Positions 18,575-29,234 of a DNA stretch of 64,000 nucleotides are shown here, piece by piece; the first letter of the stretch is position 1, and every line of letters begins with the position of its first letter. The notes beneath the pieces were generated by a model. That model did no database searches. It was not told the origin of the DNA and was given only the letters and a program-made list of their open reading frames with translations. Made by a program: the position numbers and the translations under genes. Source of the DNA: Gloeobacterales cyanobacterium (GTDB lineage: Bacteria; Cyanobacteriota; Cyanobacteriia; Gloeobacterales; PMM-0068); assembly GCA_038245785.1 (NCBI GenBank), contig JBBRSB010000012.1, positions 32,001-96,000 of the forward strand, written 5' to 3'.

Positions 18575-18680
18575 GACTAATCCTATAGTGACTTTTTATA
18601 AGCATCATGGGAGCAATGTCTATGCAATCCCCACTCTAGCTGCTCTAGCGTGCAAACCTCCATAATTGGCTAAGGCTCCG

Positions 18681-19529
18681 TTAATCTTCTTCTGGTTCTT
18701 CCCTATGCTCAGGAACTCGTTCTAAGGATGCTTCTATGAAATTCGTCAACTCTTTTACCTGGGGATGGGGCTCTATTTGATGAATTTGGACAAGAGCTTC
18801 TGCTAAGGTCAGGTCAGAGCGATAGAGCAGACGATGGGCGAGGCGCAGTAGCCGATAACCTTCGATATCTCCACGCGGTGAGATGCCAATGCGCGATAGA
18901 CCAATGGTATTCAGGCAGCGTACCCGAGCTGGTACATCTGCCGCCAGCATGAAAGGTGGTATATCCTGACGAACCGTGGCCTTGCCTCCGATCATCACCC
19001 CTCGACCAATCCAGACATTTGGAAAGACAAACGCCAGTCCGCCCAGGATAGCTCTGGGAGCAACGCGGACGTGCGCTCCTAGATTCACCCAATTAACCAT
19101 TACGACGTTATCAGCGACCTGTGCTCCATAGCCGATGAATACATACCCCATGAGAAGGTTATCGTCTCCAATCAAGGTGTCTTGACCAGGCCCACGCTCA
19201 ATAATCACGTGTTCGCGAATGTAATTTCGAGAACCTAAGATCACTTTTCCGGCAACGGCTTCTTGCTCAGACAATTCCGTTTCAGACGTTTCATCCGCCG
19301 TGATAATAGTAGTAATAGCCCCTACCATCGCTCCAGGATAAATTTGGTTGTTTTCTCCGAGGATGGTGCCCTGACCAATTACAGCGCGGTGGGCAATTAC
19401 CGTTCCTGAGTCAATGATTACGTCCGCTTCAATAACAGCATTTGCCCCGACCCGGACGTTGGGATGGAGTTGGGCCGATGGATGAACCACCGCAGTGGGG
19501 TGGATGAGGGATTCGGTTGAAAAAGTCAC
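18681..19529 (-). CDS. LpxA-like left-handed beta-helix acyltransferase homolog lacking catalytic residues
   Basis: IHPTAVVH, IREHVII, DNLLM, QDIPPF, LN..GL.R, LLYRS LpxA scaffold; HIAHD replaced by FIGYG. Confidence 0.82.
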   Translation of the reverse strand: MTFSTESLIHPTAVVHPSAQLHPNVRVGANAVIEADVIIDSGTVIAHRAVIGQGTILGENNQIYPGAMVGAITTIITADETSETELSEQEAVAGKVILGSRNYIREHVIIERGPGQDTLIGDDNLLMGYVFIGYGAQVADNVVMVNWVNLGAHVRVAPRAILGGLAFVFPNVWIGRGVMIGGKATVRQDIPPFMLAADVPARVRCLNTIGLSRIGISPRGDIEGYRLLRLAHRLLYRSDLTLAEALVQIHQIEPHPQVKELTNFIEASLERVPEHREEPEED

Positions 19530-19545
19530 CTCATGATCCTAACGC

Positions 19546-20544
19546 CTAGCGGAACATACTGCTGACAGAAGAATCTTCATGGATGCGTGAAATTGCCTCA
19601 CCTAGGAGATTTGCAACCGAGAGCACCTGGAGTTGGGGAAAACGGCGCGATGGAGGGATCGGCAAAGTGTTGGTGACGATCACTTCTGTGAAGATCCCTG
19701 TGGAGAGCCTGGATACGGCAGGCCCAGAGAATACAGCATGAGTAGCACAGGCATAGACTTCTCGAGCACCTTCTGCCATCAAAGCCCTGGCTGACTCTGT
19801 AATCGTACCGGCCGTATCGATCATGTCATCGACCAAAATAGCGATCTTGCCCTCGACTTCTCCAATTACATTCATTGCTTCGGCTACGTTATGAGCTTGA
19901 CGACGCTTATCTACGATCGCCAGCGGTGCGTCATCCAATTTCTTCGCAAAAGCACGGGCGCGGGCTACCCCTCCCACATCAGGGGAGACCACCACTACAT
20001 CTTCTAGATGTTTGCTTTTGATGTAATCAATGATCACGGGGGAGCCATAGACATGATCTACAGGAATATCAAAATAAGCTTGGATCTGCGCTGAGTGGAG
20101 ATCCATAGCCAAAATACGGCTTACTCCAGCCTTGGTAATCAAGTTGGCCACCAATTTGGCAGCAATGGATTCTCTGCCTGCGGTTTTGCGGTCTGCGCGT
20201 GCATAGCCGTAGTAGGGAATCACGGCGGTGATCTGCCGTGCAGATGCTCTCTTACACGCATCGATCATCAGTAACAATTCCATCAGGTGGTCATTGACGG
20301 GTTCACAGGTAGGCTGGATCAGGTAAACATCACAACCCCTTACCGACTCCTGAATCTGGACGTATAGTTCTCCATCTGCGAAAGCTTTGCGGACTAGCGG
20401 TCCTGGGTCCATACCCAGATAGCGGGCTACCATCAGGGCTAGGTCTGGATTGGCTGATCCGGAGAAGACCCGAAGCCTGTCATCTCCAATAAAAGAAGCG
20501 GCTGTAATGGAACTAGGATCGAAGCGCGTAGCAGAGCGAATCAC
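19546..20544 (-). CDS. prs: Ribose-phosphate pyrophosphokinase
   Basis: PYYGYARADRK, DLHSAQIQ, VSPDVGG, VDDMIDTAGT. Confidence 0.97.
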   Translation of the reverse strand: MIRSATRFDPSSITAASFIGDDRLRVFSGSANPDLALMVARYLGMDPGPLVRKAFADGELYVQIQESVRGCDVYLIQPTCEPVNDHLMELLLMIDACKRASARQITAVIPYYGYARADRKTAGRESIAAKLVANLITKAGVSRILAMDLHSAQIQAYFDIPVDHVYGSPVIIDYIKSKHLEDVVVVSPDVGGVARARAFAKKLDDAPLAIVDKRRQAHNVAEAMNVIGEVEGKIAILVDDMIDTAGTITESARALMAEGAREVYACATHAVFSGPAVSRLSTGIFTEVIVTNTLPIPPSRRFPQLQVLSVANLLGEAISRIHEDSSVSSMFR

Positions 20545-20923
20545 AGGAGGTATTCCTATAGAAGGGTTAGACTAGCGGGACTAGAGTGGTACCCTCGAAA
20601 TTTTTGCTGGTTACCCAGAAACAGACAAAATAGGCCCCAAAAATCATACCTTCTCTCTGCATGCTTCGTAATGCTGCATGAACAAAGCTTTAAGTGAGGC
20701 TGATTGGGGGTCTGGAACACAGAAATTTATCCTAGAAGCCCTATATTTTCTTAACAAGCGGAACTTTTCTGAGTTTCACCTGTCCCCTGTATGCTCAGGA
20801 CGAGTTAATCTTCGCACAGAAGAGCCTATATACCGTTACATTTTTTGATGAAATTTTCATAGAGCGCTATGGGTAGCTTATTCTGTCTCACTAGGGGATA
20901 GTGACCCCCTAGATCTGAGGAGT

Positions 20924-22192
20924 GTGCTGATGAGGCCGATAAGAGGGATCAGAAAGCAGATCATTATGGCTGCTCTAGCTATCGGCAGTCTGGCTGGAGC
21001 TTCTAATGCCAGCCCGCTGATCCTAGTTAATCAAAATACAGGAAATTTAGTCCAAGATTGGCGTGAAAGGGATTCTCTCAAACAGGCTATAGCCTATAGT
21101 TTGCAATATCTAGAGGGGCCTAAGTCCCAGAAGGATTTTCCTCTGGCTGGGGTGAGTCATGACTGGGCAAAATCCAGTCTGGAACGTTTGCGAACACTCT
21201 TAGATGCTTGTCGCTCCGGCTGGGAATTCAGCGATCAGGTCCAACGAGAATTTCAGCTTTATGTTAATCCGGATGCCGGTGTCACACCTCCTCCCTCATC
21301 TATAGCACCGATTCCATCAAATCCTGAAACATCTAACGCCACCCCTACGATTCCCACTCCAACTCCGGTTATTGCTGCGCCCAATCCAGGCTCGATGCTC
21401 TATACAGCCTATTTTGAGCCTATTTATGAAGCCCGGACTGAGCCGAGTCCACCCTTTATCTATCCTCTATACCGTCTGCCGCCTGATTTAGTCCTCGATA
21501 GTCGGGGAAAAGCTCTAGGTCAATCGACTCCCCATGGGATTGTGCCCTATCCTACCCGCCAGCAAATTGAAGAAGGGGGCCTTCTCAAAGGATTAGAGCT
21601 TGCCTATCTCAGTAGCCCGATGGAGGTATTTCTGGCCCAAGTTCAGGGGTCTGTTCGGTTGATTTTGCCTGAAGGTGGAGCATTACGCCTGGGCTATGCT
21701 GGTAAATCAGGCCGTCCCTACCGTAGTTTAGGCCAAGCCCTTATCCAAGCCGGGAAAATGACCAAGAAAGAAGTTTCTCTTGAGCGGATCAAGCGCTACT
21801 TTCAAGAACATCCTGAAGAATTCAATACCTATGCCTACCAAAATGAAAGCTACGTTTTCTTTGCCCCAAAACCAAACACGCCTGAAGGTCCAAAAGGTAG
21901 CCTTGGGGTCCCTTTGACGGCGATGCGTTCTTTCGCCTCAGATAAGGCCATATTTCCCTACGGTCTGCCTGCGCTCATAGATACCTATATTGAAGGACGT
22001 CCCTTCCGACGCTTGATGCTGAACCAGGATACAGGAGGAGCGATTATTGGTCCTTCCCGAGCTGATTTATTTGTGGGTACAGGGCCAGAAGCTGGCCAGA
22101 TTGCTGGGGGTGTCAAAAATTCTGGAAAATTCTATTTTCTTCTTCTGAAGCAACCCAAGCCCAGTGCGAGTTTTACTTCCGCTACTCCATAG
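20924..22192 (+). CDS. mltA: Murein lytic transglycosylase A (MltA plus 3D domain)
   Basis: TAYFEP, QVQGS, QDTGGAI.GP.RADLF.G.G; start could be 20930 or 20966. Confidence 0.9.
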   Translation: MLMRPIRGIRKQIIMAALAIGSLAGASNASPLILVNQNTGNLVQDWRERDSLKQAIAYSLQYLEGPKSQKDFPLAGVSHDWAKSSLERLRTLLDACRSGWEFSDQVQREFQLYVNPDAGVTPPPSSIAPIPSNPETSNATPTIPTPTPVIAAPNPGSMLYTAYFEPIYEARTEPSPPFIYPLYRLPPDLVLDSRGKALGQSTPHGIVPYPTRQQIEEGGLLKGLELAYLSSPMEVFLAQVQGSVRLILPEGGALRLGYAGKSGRPYRSLGQALIQAGKMTKKEVSLERIKRYFQEHPEEFNTYAYQNESYVFFAPKPNTPEGPKGSLGVPLTAMRSFASDKAIFPYGLPALIDTYIEGRPFRRLMLNQDTGGAIIGPSRADLFVGTGPEAGQIAGGVKNSGKFYFLLLKQPKPSASFTSATP

Positions 22193-22218
22193 AGGCGCAA
22201 TATCTCGCGCCTCTATGG
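22187..22218. terminator. Hairpin between convergent mltA and infB
   Basis: 12-bp perfect stem ccatagaggcgc / gcgcctctatgg. Confidence 0.6.
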
Positions 22219-22223
22219 AAGGG

Positions 22224-25082
22224 TTATAGGTTACGCTTTTGGGTAACCATTCTATAGACTTCGATCAAGTCGCCTTCTCTCCAGTCACTAAAGGCCGTTC
22301 GGATACCGCACTCAAAGCCAGCATTGACTTCTTTAACATCCTCTTGGAAGCGTCTGAGCGAATCTAGATAGCCTTCATAGACCACTTCTTTGCCCCGACG
22401 GACGCGGATATTACTATTGCGGCTAATCTTGCCTTCCTTGACCATGCAGCCTGCTACAGCGCCTTTGGCAATGGAGATAATCTGGCGCACTTCAGCTACG
22501 CCTAGAGATTCCTCTACCATCTCAGGTTCTAGCTTTCCGGCCATGGCATCGCGCACATCCTCGAGGAGCTTGTAAATCACGTCATATTCCTGAATAGTGA
22601 CGTGGGAACGCTCTGCTGCAACCCTTGCCGAAGTACCCAGTGTGGTGTTGAAGCCGAGAATAATCGCTCCTGAAGCCGCTGCAAGGTCAACGTCCGCTTC
22701 GGAAACATCACCAGCGGCCGAAAGTAGGATTTTGAGCTGGACTTGATCTTGGGGTAACTGGCCCAAAGAGCCAAGAATTGCCTCGACAGAACCCTGCATG
22801 TCGCCTTTGACGATCAGGTTCAGTTCTTTGAGGTCTCCTTCCTTCGCCTGCGAAGAAAGCATTCCCAGCGTAACCCGACTGGTCGCCATAGCCTGGGCCA
22901 AACGGTTTTCCCGTTGCCCCAGAGCCCGCTTTTCAGCTTCTAGTCGAGCTTCTCGCTCATCGGCATAGACGGCCAGTTCATCGCCAACGCCCGGTACATC
23001 GGAGAATCCTAAGACTTTTACAGGCATGGAAGGGCCTGCACTCTCTACGATGCCACCGCGATCATCAAATAAGGCGCGCACCTTACCGTAGACAGAGCCC
23101 ACGACAAAGGGATCACCAACGCGGAGGGTTCCGTTTTGGACCAAGATAGTCGCCACCGGACCTTGGGCTTTGTCCAGGTTTGCTTCAATCACCGTTCCTT
23201 TAGCCCGACGGTCTGGGTTGGCTGAAAGTTCTTGAACATCCGCTACCAGCACGATCATTTCAAGCAATTTATCCAGATTGAGCTGAGATTTGGCTGAGAC
23301 GGGAACCATGACGGTATCTCCACCCCATTCTTCCGCTAGCAATCCTTGCTCAGAAAGTTCCTGCTTGACTCGGTCTTGGTTCGCTTCAGGTTTATCGATT
23401 TTGTTGATGGCAACAATCATCGGTACCCCAGCGGCCCGCGCGTGGGAAATAGCTTCCTTCGTTTGAGGCATCACACCGTCATCAGCCGCCACCACCAGGA
23501 TAGTGATATCGGTGACTTTGGCTCCCCGAGCGCGCATGGCAGTGAAGGCTTCGTGACCAGGGGTGTCCAGGAAAACGATTTGGCGGGGTTGACCTTCTAC
23601 TTCAACATCGATGTGGTAAGCGCCAATGTGCTGGGTAATACCTCCAGCCTCGCCTTGGGCTACTTTGGTCCGACGGATAGCGTCTAGCAGGGAGGTCTTT
23701 CCGTGGTCGACGTGGCCCATGATCGTGACGACTGGAGGACGGATCACCAAGTGATCCAGATCTTCTACATCCAACATTTCGGTTTTCTTGGCCGCTGCTT
23801 CACGCTCGGCAAATTCCACCTCGTAGCCAAGCTGTGTGGCGACCAGCTCAGCGGTCTCCATGTCCAAGGTCTGGTTGATGGTAACGGGGATGCCCTTGAG
23901 GAAGAGGACCTTAATCACTTCGGTGTTGGAGACCTTCATCAGTTCGGCCAAATCTTTAACGGTCAGGTTTCCACCCAAGGTAATGCTGGTTGGCTTTGCC
24001 TCTTCTACCGGTCTACGGTCTCGACGGCGCTGACTTGCTGAGCTAGAACCTCGTTTCTTGGTAGTAGTGAATCGAGTGGCCGCAACAGGAGCCGGTGCGT
24101 TTGGATTAGCCTTGGCCGTAGGTCGAGAAATTGGACGCGCCAGTAAAGACTGCTCGTTCAAAGCCTTGGCGGCTTCTAGCTCTACGGCATCGTCATCTTC
24201 CCCAACAACCTTCGCCTTTAAGCGCTTAGGTGGTTTAGGTGCCTTGGCAGGAGATGCTCCCGCTTTCCCACGACGCTCGGATTCAGTTTCCTCAGCGACA
24301 GCCGACAGCCGACGGATAGGCGGCAGGGGCTCTTCAGCCGATTTGATAATTCTGGGGACCTTCACCGCGCCAGTTTGGGGTTGAGGTGCCTCAACTTTGA
24401 CTGGACTGATTGGAGTCGGGGCTGTTGGAGCCTTGGGAGCCACGGGCGCTTGTGGAGCGGTAGGAATTTGTGGCGACGCTGGAACTCGTGCAGCAATTGT
24501 CGGTGCGGGGGTCGTGGGGGCAGCAGGAGGAGCTACAGGAGCAGGAGTGATTGGTGTCTGAGGAGCTACGGGAACCACGGGAGCACGGGGAGGCTCAACC
24601 GATGGCACTTCTACTTCTTTTTTGGCTGCTGGCTGCACTGGCAGAGGAACCGCAGTGCTAATACTGCTACCACGCTCCGGAGCGCTGGGTTCATTAGCCA
24701 CTTGGCGCGCTGTCGGTGGGGAAACAGATGCTATCGGTTGAGGCGGTTCCACCACTTCTAGCGGAGCGACGGGAGGTTGTGCCGGACGAGTGGGAAGGCC
24801 AACAATTACATTGCGCTTGATAGAGACAATTTGCGGTGCTTTTGGCTTTGCCACTCCGGCTATCCCTGCTTTTTGCGGTGGTATACCTGCTGCCCCTTGT
24901 GGTTTTTGGGCAGTTCTGCGGCCACTCACGATAACCTGTTTGATGCGTTCTACATCTTCATGGCTAATCGTGCTGCTATGACTTTTATAGACAATCTTGA
25001 GCGCATCGCAGATAGCCAAGATATCTTTGCTGTCGCGGTTGAGCTCGCGTGCTAAGTCGTAAATTCGTTTTTTTTCGTTCAT
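22224..25082 (-). CDS. infB: Translation initiation factor IF-2
   Basis: [42 protein letters not shown]; Pro/Ala-rich N-terminal linker. Confidence 0.98.
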   Translation of the reverse strand: MNEKKRIYDLARELNRDSKDILAICDALKIVYKSHSSTISHEDVERIKQVIVSGRRTAQKPQGAAGIPPQKAGIAGVAKPKAPQIVSIKRNVIVGLPTRPAQPPVAPLEVVEPPQPIASVSPPTARQVANEPSAPERGSSISTAVPLPVQPAAKKEVEVPSVEPPRAPVVPVAPQTPITPAPVAPPAAPTTPAPTIAARVPASPQIPTAPQAPVAPKAPTAPTPISPVKVEAPQPQTGAVKVPRIIKSAEEPLPPIRRLSAVAEETESERRGKAGASPAKAPKPPKRLKAKVVGEDDDAVELEAAKALNEQSLLARPISRPTAKANPNAPAPVAATRFTTTKKRGSSSASQRRRDRRPVEEAKPTSITLGGNLTVKDLAELMKVSNTEVIKVLFLKGIPVTINQTLDMETAELVATQLGYEVEFAEREAAAKKTEMLDVEDLDHLVIRPPVVTIMGHVDHGKTSLLDAIRRTKVAQGEAGGITQHIGAYHIDVEVEGQPRQIVFLDTPGHEAFTAMRARGAKVTDITILVVAADDGVMPQTKEAISHARAAGVPMIVAINKIDKPEANQDRVKQELSEQGLLAEEWGGDTVMVPVSAKSQLNLDKLLEMIVLVADVQELSANPDRRAKGTVIEANLDKAQGPVATILVQNGTLRVGDPFVVGSVYGKVRALFDDRGGIVESAGPSMPVKVLGFSDVPGVGDELAVYADEREARLEAEKRALGQRENRLAQAMATSRVTLGMLSSQAKEGDLKELNLIVKGDMQGSVEAILGSLGQLPQDQVQLKILLSAAGDVSEADVDLAAASGAIILGFNTTLGTSARVAAERSHVTIQEYDVIYKLLEDVRDAMAGKLEPEMVEESLGVAEVRQIISIAKGAVAGCMVKEGKISRNSNIRVRRGKEVVYEGYLDSLRRFQEDVKEVNAGFECGIRTAFSDWREGDLIEVYRMVTQKRNL

Positions 25083-25120
25083 GAACTGTCCTCGACGTAC
25101 TTCCCCTTACTACCTGCGTT

Positions 25121-25441
25121 TCAATGAATGCTGTTTATGTCTGCCCCCGACCTCTGTACTGTCTCTTGGAAAAAGGAAGAGTCGGTGCAGGGATGATGTT
25201 GAGCCTGTTCCCAGAGGGCTTTGAGGATGTCAGGAGGGACTGGAGCTTTTAAAGCTTTAGCCAATCGCCCTTTACGCTCTACCCCTTTTAGGCAGTCTAC
25301 TCTAGGACAGAGATATACGGAACGCCCCATACCTCCACCCAATTGTACTGTTTGGCTGGGCCATGACCGCACCACCTTCAAAAAAGAAGATTTGTGCTCA
25401 ACCTTGCGACAGCTCAAGCAACGACGATAATTTTTCTTCAA
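25121..25441 (-). CDS. ylxR: YlxR/DUF448 family RNA-binding protein
   Basis: RRCLSCR, GRSVYLC..DC; located between nusA and infB. Confidence 0.9.
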   Translation of the reverse strand: MKKNYRRCLSCRKVEHKSSFLKVVRSWPSQTVQLGGGMGRSVYLCPRVDCLKGVERKGRLAKALKAPVPPDILKALWEQAQHHPCTDSSFFQETVQRSGADINSIH

Positions 25442-25446
25442 GTAGG

Positions 25447-26595
25447 TTACTGTGTCTCCGCTTGATAATACTCAGAAGCTTTTTTGATATCTATTTTCCA
25501 TCCTGTTAGGCGGGCGGCTAACCGTACATTTTGCCCCTCTTTGCCGATCGCTAGAGAGAGCTGATCGTCTGGTACTACGACATGGGCCTGACGGGCTTCT
25601 GGATCGACCAAACGGACTTCTGCCACTCTAGCAGGAGAGAGCGCATTCGCAATGTAGGTTGCCGGATCCGGAGACCAGCGAACTACGTCAATTTTCTCCC
25701 CTCTGAGTTCGTTGACTACTGCTTGAATACGGGATCCTCTAGCTCCAATACAGGCCCCCACAGGGTCCACATCGCGCTCCAAAGTATCTACTGCTATTTT
25801 AGTGCGTGGACCAACGGTGCGGGTAGGGGGGTTTGCCTCACGGGCTACAGCAACAATCCGCACCACTTCGTCTTCGATTTCTGGGACTTCGTTGGCGAAG
25901 AGATAGACCACCAGACCAGCATCTGCGCGGGAAACGGAAAGCTGGGGACCGCGACGGGAACCTTCCCAAACTTTTTTCAAGAAGACCTTGATCACCGAGC
26001 CAATCCGGTAGGGCTCGTTGGGCAGTTGCTCATTCTTTGGAAGTTCAGCTTCCACTTCTGGACGACCAAAACCAGAGCTGACACTGACAATTACAGAGCG
26101 GTTTTCAAAGCGAGTGACACGGCCTTGTAAGACTGTATTTTCTTGATCCCGAAACTCTTCTTGAATGAGCTGACGGGAATAGTCCCTCAATTTTTGATTA
26201 AGGACTTGTTTGGTCTGAATCGCTGCCATGCGACCAAATTCTTGTTTGTCAGGGGTGACATCTACCAGGACCTGATAGCCTGGCTCTGCCCCAGGATCTA
26301 CCTCTAGAACTTCTTCTAAAGCAATCTCATGGTCTGTATTTTCTACTTCTTCGACAATCGTTTTTGTGGCCAGTACGCGAAAGCCTTGGTTTTCTAGATC
26401 TAGATCCACATCAAAATTTAGAAAATATTCATCGTCGAAAATGGCATCTTTTTCTTTGTAGGTCTTGCGAAAACGTTCATAGCCTTTCTGTAGGGCTTCA
26501 CGCAAAGCATCGGAAACAGCACTTTTAGGTAAATTTCGTTCGCGGCTGATGCCATCAATCAGTTCGTTGATTCCAGGGAGGGGGATCAGGGACAT
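25447..26595 (-). CDS. nusA: Transcription termination/antitermination factor NusA
   Basis: FGRMAAIQTKQV, EVPEI, DPVGACIGARGSRI, LSLAIGKEGQNVRLA. Confidence 0.97.
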   Translation of the reverse strand: MSLIPLPGINELIDGISRERNLPKSAVSDALREALQKGYERFRKTYKEKDAIFDDEYFLNFDVDLDLENQGFRVLATKTIVEEVENTDHEIALEEVLEVDPGAEPGYQVLVDVTPDKQEFGRMAAIQTKQVLNQKLRDYSRQLIQEEFRDQENTVLQGRVTRFENRSVIVSVSSGFGRPEVEAELPKNEQLPNEPYRIGSVIKVFLKKVWEGSRRGPQLSVSRADAGLVVYLFANEVPEIEDEVVRIVAVAREANPPTRTVGPRTKIAVDTLERDVDPVGACIGARGSRIQAVVNELRGEKIDVVRWSPDPATYIANALSPARVAEVRLVDPEARQAHVVVPDDQLSLAIGKEGQNVRLAARLTGWKIDIKKASEYYQAETQ

Positions 26596-26631
26596 AGGGT
26601 CCTCCAATTATGTAGTTGTCTTGTTGTTTCA

Positions 26632-27114
26632 CTAACGGGTGAGCAGTACTTGAGTGACTTGGGCGCGCGGTAAGGTTACCTTACGGCCTTGGATCATTAC
26701 GATCACTGCATCCTCAGTTCGTTCCAGTAGTTTTCCATTCCACTCACTTTTGTCCTTAATCGGAGGACTTACCTGAATGGCTACGGAAAAACCCCGAAAC
26801 ACCTGAAATTCACGGTCAGTAGTCAGGTTGCGGTCTGCACCAGGGCTGGACACTTCCAGAACATAGGCTTCTGGAAGAAGATGTTCTGCCCCATCCAGTA
26901 TCGGTTCTATCGCTCTACTAACCCGCTCACAATCGGCTAGTCCCGTATCTTGCTGAGGGTTGCGGATATCGATCCGAAGGATGGGTGGACTGTGGTGGGT
27001 TTGGTGCTGTAGACCGACTAGCTCCAAGCTTAGAGCAGCAACGGTGGGTTCGAGAAGCTGCCAAAGGGCTTGGACGTAGGGAGGTAGGTCTGCAGAACCG
27101 GAGGAAGTAGCCAT
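26632..27114 (-). CDS. rimP: Ribosome maturation factor RimP
   Basis: DCERVSRAI, YVLEVSSPG; operon context. Confidence 0.95.
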   Translation of the reverse strand: MATSSGSADLPPYVQALWQLLEPTVAALSLELVGLQHQTHHSPPILRIDIRNPQQDTGLADCERVSRAIEPILDGAEHLLPEAYVLEVSSPGADRNLTTDREFQVFRGFSVAIQVSPPIKDKSEWNGKLLERTEDAVIVMIQGRKVTLPRAQVTQVLLTR

Positions 27115-27121
27115 AAAATAA

Positions 27122-27161
27122 GGTGGGTTTCCCCACCCCGTAGCAGCCCTTTAGAGGGCTG
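27122..27161 (-). promoter_or_regulatory. rimP leader double hairpin, possibly also the rpsA terminator
   Basis: Minus strand: cagccct-ctaa-agggctg, then ggtggg-gaaa-cccacc and a T-rich run directly before the rimP ATG. Confidence 0.55.
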
Positions 27162-27225
27162 TAAAGAGCTATGAACCGAGTTTACCTTGAAAAAGGGTGA
27201 TTTCCCAAGGCTTGAGGTTTATCGT

Positions 27226-28161
27226 TTATTCAGTAGCTGAGACTTCAGCCAACGCCGCTTCCGTTTGAGCTAGCTGTTCGGCTTCCATCTTTTCACGATA
27301 GCGAGCTGCCCGCTCTTCGGCATTGGCAAAAACCGCTTCTTGGTCTTGGACCATCTCACCAGGGGTTTCTTCCAGCTGCTTGGTAGAAAGGCTAATGCGT
27401 CCCCGCTCAGCATCTAGATCGATAACCATAACTTTGATTTCCTGACCGACGGTAAAGACGGAATGAGGGGTCTCAATATGGTCATGGGAAATTTCAGAGA
27501 TGTGTAGCAGTCCAGAAACGCCACCGATATCTATAAAGGCACCGTAGGGCTTGATCCCACGGACACGACCAATAACGACTTGACCTTGCTCCAGACGGTT
27601 CATCCGCTTCTCAACCAGCGCACGACGATGAGAGAGCACAAGGCGGTTGCGCTCTTCGTCCACTTCTAAGAATTTCAGAGGCAATTCCTGATCAATCAGG
27701 TCTTCCTTTGGTTCCTTGGTGCTCAAGTGTGAACCAGGGATAAATCCTCTCAGTCCTTCGATGCGGACCAAGGCTCCACCACGGTTAACTGCGAAAATCT
27801 TGGCGCGGACGGTGGAATCTTCCGATTGGAGTTTCCGAACACGCTCCCAAGCTTTCATGTACTCAATGCGACGGATAGAGAGGGTTAGCTGACCCTCTTC
27901 GTTCTCATCAGAAAGAATAAAAAATTCTCGGGCCTCGCCCTCTTCCATCACTTTGCGGGGATCATCCACCCGGTTGATGGACATTTCTTGTACGGGGAGA
28001 TAGGCAGCTGTCTTAGCTCCAATATCGATCAGGGCTCCACCCGGCTCTAAGCTAAATACGGTGCCTTCTACAATGTCGCCAGGGCTAAATGTGTAGTCAT
28101 ACTGGGGAAGTAACTTCTCAAAGTCTTCGCGAGTAAATCCAATGTCTGTGGCTTGAGCCAA
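27226..28161 (-). CDS. rpsA: 30S ribosomal protein S1 (short cyanobacterial form), TTG start
   Basis: Three S1 domains; GALIDIGAKTAAY, GLRGFIPGSH, GVSGLLHISEISH. Confidence 0.96.
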   Translation of the reverse strand: MAQATDIGFTREDFEKLLPQYDYTFSPGDIVEGTVFSLEPGGALIDIGAKTAAYLPVQEMSINRVDDPRKVMEEGEAREFFILSDENEEGQLTLSIRRIEYMKAWERVRKLQSEDSTVRAKIFAVNRGGALVRIEGLRGFIPGSHLSTKEPKEDLIDQELPLKFLEVDEERNRLVLSHRRALVEKRMNRLEQGQVVIGRVRGIKPYGAFIDIGGVSGLLHISEISHDHIETPHSVFTVGQEIKVMVIDLDAERGRISLSTKQLEETPGEMVQDQEAVFANAEERAARYREKMEAEQLAQTEAALAEVSATE

Positions 28162-28333
28162 GGTTTCCTCCTAAGGGAGTCTCATTACTAGGGGTTTACG
28201 TTGCGCCAAAATTCAGAGGCACAGCCTAACAAATATAGAACATGTTGAGCCCTCTTGGAAAGAGAAGCGGTCTTAAGGATAGGTCTAAGCAAAGACATGC
28301 CTTCTTCTTAGCTATCAAAGATTTACTGGATTT

Positions 28334-28846
28334 TCACTTGGTTTTCTTGAAGGTGGATGTCTGTCCAGGTTGGGCTTGAGCATAGGGAATGGCGTGTCCT
28401 CCAGACAAAGCCTTCAAATTGGTATCAAAAATCTTGCTGGTCTGTTCACCAATCAAGTTGCCTAAGATTTTCCCATTCGCATCGATAAAAACGTAGTGGG
28501 GAATTCCGCTAACTTGATAGCGTTCTGCCTCTGGAACCCATTTTTCATTATCAACATTCAGGGCCACAAAATTAACTTTGCTCCGGTATTTTTCTTCCAT
28601 TGCCGCTATAGTCGGCGCCATGCTGTTGCATGAGGTGCACCATTCAGCGTAAAACTCCACTAAGCTCGGCTTACCGTTAGTCTGTGCTTGTTCTAAAGGA
28701 ATAGCTCGCTCTGCCACCTTCGCAGCAGTGAGTGTTTGAGCATCATTGCGGGTGGCGAAAAAGAGCCCGGCACTTACCGCTGCTGCAGCCAACGCCAGGG
28801 AGATATTCCGAATCTTATTGTCCGTGTTAGGAGAACTCTGGGTCAT
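28334..28846 (-). CDS. Membrane-anchored thioredoxin (TxlA/HCF164-like)
   Basis: VEFYAEWCTSC, LNVDN.KW, GIPHYVF; N-terminal TM. Confidence 0.85.
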   Translation of the reverse strand: MTQSSPNTDNKIRNISLALAAAAVSAGLFFATRNDAQTLTAAKVAERAIPLEQAQTNGKPSLVEFYAEWCTSCNSMAPTIAAMEEKYRSKVNFVALNVDNEKWVPEAERYQVSGIPHYVFIDANGKILGNLIGEQTSKIFDTNLKALSGGHAIPYAQAQPGQTSTFKKTK

Positions 28847-28896
28847 AGATGCTGCAAAAAGGAATATGTCCTAGTGTAAGCATTTCCTTTCCCTAC

Positions 28897-28920
28897 TACC
28901 CCCTCCCTAGGGGGATGGGA
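28897..28920. promoter_or_regulatory. CsoR-type operator 1, upstream of csoR
   Basis: TACCCCCTCCCTAGGGGGATGGGA; C-tract/G-tract pseudo-palindrome next to a TAATAT -10-like hexamer. Confidence 0.65.
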
Positions 28921-28953
28921 TAATATAGAGCTATAAATCCATTCCAAAAATTT

Positions 28954-29217
28954 ATGCTTTCTGAAGTAAAGAAGAACACGCTTCGACGTTTGGCTACCAT
29001 TCGTGGGCATTTAGATGCTGTGACTAGAATGGTGGATGAAGAACAGTACTGCATTGATATTTTGCATCAGATAAGGGCGATTGAAGCTTCTCTGGAGAAT
29101 GCCAAGCAGGTCATGGTAGAAGGGCATCTCAAGACTTGTTTTACCCATGCCCTTGCAGAGGGAGCAGGGGAAAAAGCGATCGATGAGCTGATGAAAGTCC
29201 TAAAGAGTAATCGTTAA
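28954..29217 (+). CDS. csoR: Copper-sensing repressor, CsoR/RcnR family
   Basis: RL..IRGHL, YCIDILHQ, HLKTC; adjacent to the Cu-ATPase. Confidence 0.88.
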   Translation: MLSEVKKNTLRRLATIRGHLDAVTRMVDEEQYCIDILHQIRAIEASLENAKQVMVEGHLKTCFTHALAEGAGEKAIDELMKVLKSNR

Positions 29218-29234
29218 TTCTGATTGTGATCAAT

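Noticed and set aside
24050..24900. Repetitive Pro/Ala/Thr-coding DNA considered as a repeat array or CRISPR
   Set aside because: It is the low-complexity N-terminal linker of IF-2, with no fixed-length repeat-spacer pattern.
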